A stretch of 63,048 nucleotides of DNA, counting the filler, from Globobulimina sp. (lineage: Eukaryota), in the NCBI GenBank assembly GCA_003354225.1. It is 31 parts of 31 records of this genome, joined end to end, with 100 filler letters (N's around TTAATTAATTAA, not from the genome) between each part and the next. Parts side by side here need not be neighbours in the genome. Positions count along the whole stretch, not along the records: positions 22,418 to 24,354 come from PIVH01010399.1; positions 24,455 to 26,391 come from PIVH01010400.1; positions 26,492 to 28,428 come from PIVH01010401.1; positions 28,529 to 30,465 come from PIVH01010402.1; positions 30,566 to 32,502 come from PIVH01010403.1; positions 32,603 to 34,539 come from PIVH01010404.1; positions 34,640 to 36,576 come from PIVH01010405.1; 24 more parts are not named here. One strand, given 5' to 3'. Made by a program: the position numbers and the translations under genes. The notes beneath the pieces were generated by a model. That model made no database searches, had not been told where the DNA came from, and saw only the letters and a program-made list of their open reading frames with translations. Below, in pieces: positions 23,884 to 34,701 of the stretch (position 1 is the first letter of the stretch; each line of letters opens with the position of its first letter).

Positions 23884-24165
23884 TAATGACAGTTTCTTCG
23901 TGGTTTAAATTTTAATTAATTAAGTACTGTATGCATAAAAACACAAAGTGTAAACTCGTTCATCAAACACGCATCGGACTTACAGCCTCTTTAAAGTATA
24001 TACACAATTTGCATATTTGCATTATTTTACAATAATAATTTATACGATGTTTGCACATGGCAAAGTCCGTAAACCCAATGCACCAATCGTTTGGAAGTCT
24101 TGCGAAGGGTAGTAGACATTGACTGGATTCAGTAAAAACTAACTAAGTATTCATCGCTGTGTGCC

Positions 24166-24354
24166 ATGGGCGCGAACAGTCTCTGTGTGCCCTTGACGGC
24201 AGTTAACATGTTTTATCTTTTTCTATCCTTCTTTGAGATTGTTTTGCTTATCTTGGTTTCATGGGGAGGCTATGTCCAGTCTCGCAAAGAAAAGGCACCT
24301 AAATTATTCACCAACACATACGCTGTCACTTCCATTGTATTATTAGTCGCCGGC
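24166..24354 (+). CDS. N-terminal fragment of a membrane protein
   Basis: ATG followed by two hydrophobic helices. Runs off the contig. Confidence 0.5.
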
Positions 24355-24676
24355 NNNNNNNNNNNNNNNNNNNNNNNNNNNNNNNNNNNNNNNNNNNNTT
24401 AATTAATTAANNNNNNNNNNNNNNNNNNNNNNNNNNNNNNNNNNNNNNNNNNNNATGCAAATGGATTATCATAGCAGTACATAAGCGAGAATACGCAAAT
24501 GCAAACAATTAGTAATACAATCCATCTAAACCCATCTTGTTTAGATTTCTCGCATAATATTATGTCAATATCAGCTGTCGATTCACATTCATTAGTTGTC
24601 ATGGATGATAAAAAGAAAACATTTAGCAACACTAAAAAAAAAGAGAGATAAAAAAATCAAACACGAAGCTAAACCA

Positions 24677-26218
24677 TTAATGTTCATCAAATAATAATTT
24701 CCTTATTGCCTTTGTATTATTATACAGCGTTTGCCGATGTTCCAAGGATTGCCAACTCTGTATTGTTGGTGCAACTGGCAACAGCATTTCTTTCAATGAT
24801 TTATGATCTTTAAAACTTGGAACATCATCCGGATCCACCAATTCTTCATCATCCATAAACATATCGTTATTATACTTACTCTCATCCGTCTCATGACTCT
24901 CATCCGTCTCATGACTCTCATTCGAAACCGCTCTCGATAAATTACTGCGTGCCTCTAACATTTTCCTTATTGCCTTTGTATCATTATACAGCGTTTGACG
25001 ATGTTCCAAGGATTGCCAACTATTTATCTTTGGTGCGACTGGCAATAGCATTTCTTTCAATGATTTATGTTGCATAATACTTGGAACATCATCCACCAAT
25101 TCATCATCATCCATAAACATATCGTCATCATCCTTACTCTCATCTGTCTCATGGCTGTCATTTGGAACTGTGCCTGATAACATGCTCCGTATTGCCTTTG
25201 TATCATTAAATACAGTCTGACGTTGTTGGGTTGCTTGCCCCAACATATTACGTATCGTATTGTTATTGTTATCATTATCAAATTTAAAAAATGCCTGCGA
25301 TGTATACACGCTGCTAACTTTTGCAGAAGTTAGGGCCTCGTCATGATGCACATTATGTTGAAATCTTTTAATTTTATCCGCAGCCGGAGATAATAACGTA
25401 TTTAAATCAACATTATTATTCCTCTTTGCTTTAGCTTTAATGCCATTATATTTTACAAAATATCCAAAGCCAGACTCGCATTCAAAATATTTATGTCCAT
25501 TAATTATACCATTATTGCCATTGGGGATCCACTCGTCCAGCTCAATCCCAATCATTTTGCATTTAAATCGTTTAAAACTCACATTTCCTTTAAATCGAAC
25601 ACTGCCATTATATCCATCCATTGTTATCACGCGATCTCCAACAAATACGGGCACCATATTACGTTTACTATCTTCTGCTGACTCACTGATTATATCTATT
25701 GTTCGCGCAAAATAACCAAATCCCGCATTGGTCTTAAAATATTCAATATTATTCACGGTGCCGTTACCGGCATTGGGGGACCATTCACTTAATTCAATGC
25801 CGAACAGTTTGATACCGTCACTAAAATCTGTTTTGCCAATATACTTTACAACGCCTTTATAGCCGTGTAATAATGTCACTGTTTGCTGCAATTTATAAGC
25901 TTCAGTTTCTTGGTTGATTTTTTGTGTCTGGGCTTTTAATAATAATAACAATTCATTCACACTGATATCGTAACCATCTGCCCATTCATTCAGACGGTCC
26001 CTTGCCGATATTTCTTTTTCTTGATGTCGCTGTACGAGGTTGGATAATTGATAAATCTTCAAATCCTCAACCAATATATTTAATATTTTCTTATTTGAAT
26101 CAATTTCTAACAATAGATGAGTCTTTAAAATGGACACATGCCTCTCTTGCAAATGTATGCCGATTTGTTGAAAAAATGATTTTGAACTTGTTATTGAATA
26201 ATTATACACTTTTAACAC
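24677..26218 (-). CDS. Protein with two CAP-Gly domains and C-terminal tandem repeats, 5' end uncertain
   Basis: GVVKYIG..FGIEL..GNGTVNNIEYF..GFGYF and GSVRFKG..IGIELDE..NNGIINGHKYF..GFGYF. RQT(L/V)(Y/F)N.TKAIR occurs three times. Confidence 0.85.
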   Translation of the reverse strand: MLKVYNYSITSSKSFFQQIGIHLQERHVSILKTHLLLEIDSNKKILNILVEDLKIYQLSNLVQRHQEKEISARDRLNEWADGYDISVNELLLLLKAQTQKINQETEAYKLQQTVTLLHGYKGVVKYIGKTDFSDGIKLFGIELSEWSPNAGNGTVNNIEYFKTNAGFGYFARTIDIISESAEDSKRNMVPVFVGDRVITMDGYNGSVRFKGNVSFKRFKCKMIGIELDEWIPNGNNGIINGHKYFECESGFGYFVKYNGIKAKAKRNNNVDLNTLLSPAADKIKRFQHNVHHDEALTSAKVSSVYTSQAFFKFDNDNNNNTIRNMLGQATQQRQTVFNDTKAIRSMLSGTVPNDSHETDESKDDDDMFMDDDELVDDVPSIMQHKSLKEMLLPVAPKINSWQSLEHRQTLYNDTKAIRKMLEARSNLSRAVSNESHETDESHETDESKYNNDMFMDDEELVDPDDVPSFKDHKSLKEMLLPVAPTIQSWQSLEHRQTLYNNTKAIRKLLFDEH

Positions 26219-26676
26219 ATTTAATAAATAACTTACTTGATTGGAGATGCTGTCTTCTTTGATGACCGCTGTAACATTAAATATTTTAAATAATACAAAA
26301 TTATAATTCTTTTTAAATTGGACATAAAGGCCAACACTTTTTATATTAATTTTGTATGGAACGATGAAATGAATATTTTTTATATTTTCAANNNNNNNNN
26401 NNNNNNNNNNNNNNNNNNNNNNNNNNNNNNNNNNNTTAATTAATTAANNNNNNNNNNNNNNNNNNNNNNNNNNNNNNNNNNNNNNNNNNNNAAATATTGT
26501 TCCATTGTTTATGATGGCAGTGATGTTGAATAAATATATGAAACTTGTTGATGTAATAAAATTGTAATTAATATAACAATCAAGTGATTTTCAATCATCT
26601 TTTTGTGACAAGTTTTTAGTTTTTCAATTGTTATTTGTCCCTATTCGCAACAATTCGCAACAATATAAATTATAAA

Positions 26677-27183
26677 ATGGGAAATATTATGCAACAAAAT
26701 ATTAATGATGAAAAAGAAGGCGATCAACCATTTAAATCAAATGAGAATGAAAAAAATGAGAATAACTGTCAATGGAAAGGAAAATTAACTGATTTAAAAA
26801 ATAAACATATTTTAAAATGTGCAACAACAAATAATCCGACATTTGCATTGAATAAAAAAATTAAAAATTTAGAACAAGAAAATATAAAATTACGGACAGA
26901 GAATAACATGAAATCTGATAAAATCATTGAAATCCGCAAAGAATTAGCAGCGGTGAAGAATAAGTGTGTTAATATGACCTTAATGTACGATGAGGAAAAA
27001 GATAAATTATTGCAAGAACAGGAAGCATTGAATGATGTTTTAATGAATGACTTTGTAGCAAAGGAAAAGGCTGCGATTAAGACACCAAAACATTTGAAGA
27101 ATATACAGAAAAAACAAGCGAATGAAATTACAAAATTAAAAGAAATAAATCACTATGTTGTATTCGTGGAACAAGGGTTTTAA
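26677..27183 (+). CDS. Coiled-coil protein, possibly truncated near 27150
   Basis: Heptad-like E/K/L-rich sequence that changes character at EIN|HYVVF. Confidence 0.5.
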   Translation: MGNIMQQNINDEKEGDQPFKSNENEKNENNCQWKGKLTDLKNKHILKCATTNNPTFALNKKIKNLEQENIKLRTENNMKSDKIIEIRKELAAVKNKCVNMTLMYDEEKDKLLQEQEALNDVLMNDFVAKEKAAIKTPKHLKNIQKKQANEITKLKEINHYVVFVEQGF

Positions 27184-27305
27184 TTGGTGACCTTATTTAT
27201 TTGTTTGTTTATTTAAATAAAGTTTTACTTCAGTTTTCTTTAAGTTTTATTTCTTATTTTGTTTCCTTGCATACGCAACCTACCAAACACTATATATACT
27301 TACAT

Positions 27306-28322
27306 ATGTCTTTCCACTTTGATGTAACCAAAGCTTTAAATGGAGTCAACATGAAACACGCAACGGCATTAAGATTAATACAGATGACAACACCTCAGGG
27401 TGAATTAGCCAATATTGAACCATATGCGACCATTAGCAAAAGATTAGTCAATCAATATGATGCTATAAATTTAGGTTTCGCCTTCAAAAATCATGAAAAA
27501 TTAATTGATAAAAATGATCCCTCGAAAGGGAATGAATTAGGTTTTACAATCTGTAAAAGTGTGGATAGCACTCAAGATTTTCGTGCATTAAGATTATTAA
27601 CAAGCAATTTATTAATCGTGGATGATCAGACTGATCCTTTATGGTCAAAAACCGACGCGAATAACCGCGCTTTCCCGCAAGCTTCGGATGATTATAAAAT
27701 GACTTTTGTCAAAGCTATCAAAGAACAGGCAATCAATATTATTTCCAAAGAATTAGTGGATTACTTTACAAATCAATCATATCCAACGCTTCAGCTAATT
27801 GAGACATTATTAACTGCAACAAGAGGCATTCCAGGCAATTATGATGAAAGCCAAGTATTACAATTCACAAATGCAGCACAAACAATTTGGAATATCGCTA
27901 TAAATCAATTCAATCAATTTGTGGTTGATACGAGCAAAAACAACATTACTTATAAAAACACACCGAGTCGCAAATTATATTTATATTATGGCTTAACAGA
28001 AACTACGATGTCGTTCAAAGCAGCAAATTTTAAACCTGACCTATCTAATATTGACAATTTAATCAATCAGTTTGTAGAGCCCTTAAACAAAGAGGAAGAA
28101 TATACATTATATCAAAAGAATATTTTATCGGCTTTTCCAGTAACAAATAATAACAACAACAACAACAATACTGACTCCAATAACAACACGAATAATAACA
28201 CTAACGATGTCAATCCAAATAATAACAATTCTAATAATAACAGTTCGGACACTAACAATCGAAATAATTCATGGATGAACAATTTAAATCGAGGACATAT
28301 TGCATCGAAGGGTCCATATTAA
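27306..28322 (+). CDS. Intronless orphan protein with an Asn-rich tail
   Basis: 338-aa ORF from ATG 27306. I do not recognise any domain. Confidence 0.6.
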   Translation: MSFHFDVTKALNGVNMKHATALRLIQMTTPQGELANIEPYATISKRLVNQYDAINLGFAFKNHEKLIDKNDPSKGNELGFTICKSVDSTQDFRALRLLTSNLLIVDDQTDPLWSKTDANNRAFPQASDDYKMTFVKAIKEQAINIISKELVDYFTNQSYPTLQLIETLLTATRGIPGNYDESQVLQFTNAAQTIWNIAINQFNQFVVDTSKNNITYKNTPSRKLYLYYGLTETTMSFKAANFKPDLSNIDNLINQFVEPLNKEEEYTLYQKNILSAFPVTNNNNNNNNTDSNNNTNNNTNDVNPNNNNSNNNSSDTNNRNNSWMNNLNRGHIASKGPY

Positions 28323-28704
28323 AAAAGGATATTAATAAAAGTATGAATTTAAGCAAACAATTCATTGTTAGTCATACATTGACCACAAATGGTGATATTA
28401 AAATGGTTCGTGGTATTTTAGGGAAAGGNNNNNNNNNNNNNNNNNNNNNNNNNNNNNNNNNNNNNNNNNNNNTTAATTAATTAANNNNNNNNNNNNNNNN
28501 NNNNNNNNNNNNNNNNNNNNNNNNNNNNAAATCGAAAGAAGATCAACCCGATGATTGGGTTATGACAAGATCAACATTGACAGACGTTGCATTTCAAAAA
28601 AAAGTAATAATTTAAATTGATATATTTCCCTTGTTTTATGTGCTTGTTCAAACAATGTTAATTTGTCAAAAGACTAAGTACACAATTGCAAGTAATTTTA
28701 TAAT

Positions 28705-30420
28705 TTATCTTGGTTCCAATTTGATGGTTTCTGGCAAGATTGTTACACCATCTTTCCTACTAAACACAATATCAAAATGTGGGTCTCCATTTGGTCCATG
28801 AATTGTATATGTCATAAACATCATTGCCAACGCAATATACATCACTTTCATCACTAAAGTCTGTCCCACACAGTCTCTTTTACCACGAGAAAATATTAAA
28901 AACAAATCTGAATTTTGTCGCTTATCAAATTTCCCGTTTCCATCCAACCAAAACTCAAAATGTATCTTATTCATATCAATATTTTTATGTTGCGTATTAC
29001 TTTCCGGATCATAGCCTTTTACCCACCATTTGGGCTCATATGCGATGGACAACACATTCATCACTAACTTGCATCCTTTGGGCACATCATACACATCAAA
29101 ACCACCATATTCGCGAGTATCAATTTTAAAGTCATCGACATTGATCTGCCGAAAGCCACAAATTGGTGTTGGAGGATGAATGCGTAACACTTCGTGCACA
29201 AAAGCTCGTAATTTAGGGATCTTAAATATTCCATCATTGCTCAATTTTATATTATAAATATCAGAGCCAAACGCATCACACAATTCTGCATAAATTTCAC
29301 TTTGAATGTTTGGGTTTTTAGCAGCTTCCAACACCGCATACGACAATGCCATATAAGTTGTGTCCGTGGCAGCAGTCAACATTGTCGTCATATCGCCCAA
29401 CAAATGTCTGCGAGATAATGCATGTTCATCATCCGTGGAAGTATATTGTTTGACATATTCATCGAATAATTTTACATTTTCATCGTATTTCACTGCAACT
29501 TTATGTTTATCACTCACTGCATATTCATCCACAATATCCATAATTTCATTCATTCCGTCCTCGATACTTTTTACTCCCAAAAAGCGTCGCAAAGCGTTGC
29601 CAATATTTGTTGGCAAAAACAATAATAAAATTGTCAACACTCGTCTTTTTCTGAAATATTACACCAGAAACACTTAGAAATAATTTATAAAAATGCAATA
29701 ACTTAACCTTAATTCTTGCGTTTTGTCACAATGTTTCTGCCAAAATTCGTCGTTTAAAGATTGTAATTCTTTGCCAAAACATGCGTGCAAAACAATATTA
29801 AATCCAATCACACGAAATAGTTCCTTCATATTCGTATTTTTATCATTTTCTATCTGTTCATCAATCACCGAAAATATTTTATTGTTTATGAAATTTTTAG
29901 TTGATTCCTCAACAAATGACGCTTTCATTGTTGTCATAATGTTGGCAAATATGATTTTCCTTCGTTTCGACCAAGATTCGCCATTCGTGCTTGTTAACAT
30001 TAGGTCGCTCTGGAAAAAATGTGTTGGATTGTCCAGTGTTCTCGGATCCGAATATATTTTGCGAATTAAGTATGGATTCGAAATAACAATGGTTGACATT
30101 GTAGCAATCTGTATGGTGGCAACGGGGCCATATTTATTTATGGGAGCAATGGTTTTCCACAACATCGGATTAAAGAGCAATGCTCGCATCTCGCCAAAAA
30201 ATGGATATCCTATGGGTCCAGATGGCATATTGCAATATTTGCGATGCGATTTAATGTATAAACTTCGTGCTAATAATCCACCATAAAATGCTGCAGTCGC
30301 AATGGATATGATACGGAAATATTTTGATTCCTTCCATAAATCTCTTGTTTTTTTCTGCAATTTTTTGCACCATACAATAATATCACACTTAAACTTCATC
30401 AAATGAACAGAAGCTGACAT
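28705..30420 (-). CDS. Cytochrome P450
   Basis: PSGPIGYPFFG, I-helix AATDTT, ExxR EVLRIHPP and heme motif FSRGKRDCVG. Intron 29651-29707. Confidence 0.95.
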
Positions 30421-30669
30421 TATGTAAATTATTTTAAAAACACTTCAGTTCCAAAAACAAATGTCNNNNNNNNNNNNNNNNNNNNNNNNNNNNNNNNNNN
30501 NNNNNNNNNTTAATTAATTAANNNNNNNNNNNNNNNNNNNNNNNNNNNNNNNNNNNNNNNNNNNNTGTGTTTGGAATATAAAAGTTGTATAAAAAAGTAA
30601 TCTAAACATGAAGAGTTAACGTTCTTATATATAACAAGAAAACTCCAATTTCGGCGAGTCTGTTGAATC

Positions 30670-31209
30670 ATGCTTACAAGACAAACCACGTATCATCGTC
30701 TTGATGAAAATAAAGACAAAATGGAAAAAGGATCGCAAGGATGTGGCTGTTGTGCATTAGCCCCAGAAATTGCAGCAGTTGTGATAGCAAGTAATTATGA
30801 TAAGGATGACTCGCAATGCGATCAATTTTATACTATCGATTTAGTATCATTTTTGAATATCGGTGCTTATGTTATAATTGGATGGGTTGCTCTTGAGATA
30901 GTTGCAAGTTGCGCTAAACGTGTAGTAACTGATGCATCTGTGACTCAGCTATGTATACAAGTGGTCTGTGGGTTAATTCCCGCCATTGGGGTTGTAATTT
31001 TTCAATTAAGCTGGGCTGGCATTGGATTAAATATGTATGTGAATCAGATGAGTGATGAGTGTCAATCAGAGGCTATTGCTAAAATGGTGTTTGCTTGGTC
31101 TCTTATCCCATATTGTGGACTTGCTTTAGTTTGTTGTTGTTGTGCAGTTGCGATATGTGCTGGAATGTGTGGTGCTGCCAGCTACGGGGCACTTAATACT
31201 GACGAATAA
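30670..31209 (+). CDS. Small Cys-rich 4-TM membrane protein
   Basis: Complete ORF with about four hydrophobic helices and a CCCC tail. Confidence 0.75.
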   Translation: MLTRQTTYHRLDENKDKMEKGSQGCGCCALAPEIAAVVIASNYDKDDSQCDQFYTIDLVSFLNIGAYVIIGWVALEIVASCAKRVVTDASVTQLCIQVVCGLIPAIGVVIFQLSWAGIGLNMYVNQMSDECQSEAIAKMVFAWSLIPYCGLALVCCCCAVAICAGMCGAASYGALNTDE

Positions 31210-31383
31210 TACTATAACTTATTTACGTTGTAATTTTACCTAAATATTAATTATTATTTTTTCGTGTAATATACAAAATCGAATCAATTTGACAAACAAT
31301 CGCATCTCAAAAGATATAAACGTTTCTGACCTCTTGCTGAAGAAGAAAAAAAAAGTTTGAATTTTCTCAGTGTCATTAAGTAT

Positions 31384-32404
31384 AATGACAGACAAAACAA
31401 GAAAGTCAGAGGAACAGAGAGAATCTAATATGGATGAAATGAAAGAAGCAATGGATGATTATTTAAGTAAGTCTGCAGATTACATTGGCCAAATGGTACA
31501 AGACACAAACTCAAATCAACCGTCATTAACTGTATCGGAATTACAAATACATTCTGTTGCCGCATCAAATAAAGATGAAAAAAGCAAGAAATTCTATCAA
31601 TTTTTATTTATTACGATTATGATCGCATCTTTGAGTATCTTAATCTCATTATTTTGCCATTTCTTTGAACTAAAACGACATAAAGCATACCGTATGTTAT
31701 ATATTATCCATGTACAAAATATTAAAATAGTTAATTTAAATACTGTATGACATTCAGATGAAGCATACTATAAATATTTGTATAAAGCAATAGAAATAAA
31801 ACAAAACAATTCAAATCAAGCTATTGCAATATTGTCCATCTGTACCATTGCAATCGAAGATTTTGATGTAGTCTCATTATATAAATCAGCAAATATTAAT
31901 GTTGCTGTTCTGAAAGTTGATATTGAAAAAGTACAGAAATCTGAAAAAAATGCAAACAAAAAAGAAGAACTTATTTTAATGTGTGATATTGATCTGAGAT
32001 TAATGCTGAATATAACAATTAGAGAGCACGCGGAATCTGAAAGAATTGTTGCATTAAAAGAGTTAAATAAAAAACACCACGATGCATATTATAAATATTT
32101 ACTTAAAGCAATCAAAATAAAACAAGAAAACCCAAATAAAGACATTTTATCAGTATGTTATGCAGCAATTCATAATATTGATGTAATATCATTGTATAAA
32201 GCAGCACATAATGATGTATCAAATATTTTTGCTGATATCAAGCAATTACAAAACATCATTGATATAAATATACATACTAAGCATACGGATAAGGCATTAA
32301 ATGAAAAAGAGGAATTAATTAAGCTATGTCACGCTCAATTAACATTAATGACAAATTCTGTTGAAAGTGAAATACAACAAACACAAAAAAACAATCAGAA
32401 ATGA
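31384..32404 (+). CDS. Helical repeat protein, multi-exon
   Basis: Duplicated unit AYYKYL.KAI.IKQ.N..ILS.C..AI...DV.SLYK.A..KKEELI..C. Exon structure is approximate. Confidence 0.55.
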
Positions 32405-33000
32405 AATTTGTGTCTATTTAATAATTAATTAATTTTTTAAAATTTGTGTCTCTCATTTTTAGCAATTTTGTGAATTCACCAGACATTGGAAAAAAATATC
32501 TANNNNNNNNNNNNNNNNNNNNNNNNNNNNNNNNNNNNNNNNNNNNTTAATTAATTAANNNNNNNNNNNNNNNNNNNNNNNNNNNNNNNNNNNNNNNNNN
32601 NNATACTGATGATAATTGTCATGTGTTTTGTTTTTAATATTGTGTTTTGTCATGTGTTTTGTTCGTGTTTTGTTTAATTCACTCGTACTTATTATTACTT
32701 AGTCAATTGTTGTTTACATTTTTAAAGAGATAGTTCACGCTCTCAAGCTGTACATAAAACTCGTGGCTCTTTTCGTAAAAACATTACCTTTTTGAAAAAA
32801 ACTCTGTTATATTTGGTCTGACAGTTTGGAAAGAACTTCACCGTCTTCACGTACGCCGGTCATGATGTGAGAAATGTATTTAACTGTATCATGTAAATAT
32901 GAGTTATGAATTGAAAAAAATAATAATAATAATATACCACCCCAGTCATGCACAAGAATTAAAAAAGAAAAAAGAAAAAAGAAAAATAATCTGTATTTGC

Positions 33001-33305
33001 TTATTCATCATCATCAATTTTCGGAGCTAAATAATATCTCAAAGAGCCAAAATCGGCAATTCCGTATTCAACTTCTAAAGGAACATCGGGCCCCATTCGC
33101 AGTGACACATCTTTTGATAATCCGGTTGCTTTTGTAAAATTATTCAAATATCGCAATGAAAAAGTTTGTTGAACACTTTCTTCCAATTCAATCAACACTC
33201 TCTCATCAATGTCATCCATATCTTCGTCCACATTGCCGACTGGGATATCTCCATCGCCTCTCATGTCATCATCTTCATCTTCTTGCATTTGAGTCTCGTC
33301 ATTAT
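33001..33305 (-). CDS. PCNA: PCNA, last exon only (5' part missing from this contig)
   Basis: EESVQQTFSLRYLNNFTKATGLSKDVSLRMGPDVPLEVEY..GSLRYYLAPKIDDDE. Preceded by the intron 33306-33364 (GTATGT..TACAG). Confidence 0.92.
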
Positions 33306-33562
33306 CTGTATATTAATTTGTCCGTCAGCAAAACAACAAGTATTCATATTAAATATATACATACCTTATAAAACTTTGCAGTAACTTATCAGTAACTTAT
33401 AAAACATCAATCGTAATCAGTAACTTATAAAACGGGTACAATCACTGAATCGAATTTAAATTTTTGCAGTTGGTCGATTATGAATAATCGAATCAGTGAA
33501 TCAGATGAATTATGAATTTATATATGATCATCGCTATTTATATCATCTGAAAATCAAAAGAA

Positions 33563-34132
33563 ATGGCTACCAAAACAAGAATTGATTATGCAAAATCAGG
33601 AAGAACGTCATGTCGAGTTTGTCATGAAATTGTGAAAAAAGGAGAACTTAGACTCAGCTATAAACCATCAGATTATAATCCATCCATTTGGTATCATCTA
33701 AAATGTTTTATATTATCAAATAAGCCGTTTAATGATGAGGCTGGACATGGAAGCGTTGGATATAAATTGGAAGAATTTTATGGTTACAAAAATCTCACAG
33801 AATCCGAACAAACTTTCATCAGAAACATTTTGAGACAATATCTGACAAATAAAGCAAAATTAAAATTAGAAAAGCATATTTTTGAAATGAATGTCAAGGA
33901 ATTAAAGGAAGAAATGAAGAAAAGAAGATTGAGAGTAACAGGGAAAAAACAAGCATTACAACGTCGACTGACAAAATACTTAAAGAATGAATGGTGTGTT
34001 GAATATCAACGAGAATGTGATGAAAAATGCATTTCTGGATTTTGCAAAAAAATTGAAAAAGAAAATAAAATCAACATACCGATTGTACTCAAGGGTATAA
34101 TTCAGAGATATTTTCCAATCAATACATTGTAA
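33563..34132 (+). CDS. PARP-type zinc finger plus SAP domain protein
   Basis: IDYAKSGRTSCRVC..I.KGELR..WYHLKC (zf-PARP) and MNVKELKEEMKKRRLRVTGKKQALQRRL (SAP). C-terminal ISGFCK..IPIVLKGIIQRYF. Confidence 0.88.
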   Translation: MATKTRIDYAKSGRTSCRVCHEIVKKGELRLSYKPSDYNPSIWYHLKCFILSNKPFNDEAGHGSVGYKLEEFYGYKNLTESEQTFIRNILRQYLTNKAKLKLEKHIFEMNVKELKEEMKKRRLRVTGKKQALQRRLTKYLKNEWCVEYQRECDEKCISGFCKKIEKENKINIPIVLKGIIQRYFPINTL

Positions 34133-34701
34133 TTTTATAATTTTATAATTTTATACTAGTAATTTTGACAGTTCACGGTTACATAACAAATTTCTGCTTT
34201 AATGTCTTCAAAACTTTAAGAAATCAATTTTTTTTTTTCACACATACCGTACAATGTTTTTTTTAGATGCAACTTTTTATACAACACCAATCATTCCAGA
34301 ATGTAGTTTATGGATTTACATTTACTATGTTAAAAATTAGATTTTCACATGCAAATACAAACAATAATTAACAATATAACATTCGGTGGCATGCAGAATG
34401 AAACCTATGTGTGCAACCGTTGCAATTATAAAATTGACAATAAGAAAAAGAAGAAAACAATACAAAAAATAAATTTCAGGTAGAAACAAAATATTTTTTA
34501 TAGACATGTATCAACATATCAATATACAATGGTTGTTCTNNNNNNNNNNNNNNNNNNNNNNNNNNNNNNNNNNNNNNNNNNNNTTAATTAATTAANNNNN
34601 NNNNNNNNNNNNNNNNNNNNNNNNNNNNNNNNNNNNNNNTAAGGTAATGGTTGAATTTTCAAGAAGTTTCTATTAACTTTTCCCCCAAGCTATATATTAA
34701 G

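Noticed and set aside
33001-34132. PCNA next to a PARP-finger gene as a DNA-repair cluster
   Set aside because: PCNA is truncated at a repeat-rich breakpoint, so the adjacency may be chimeric.
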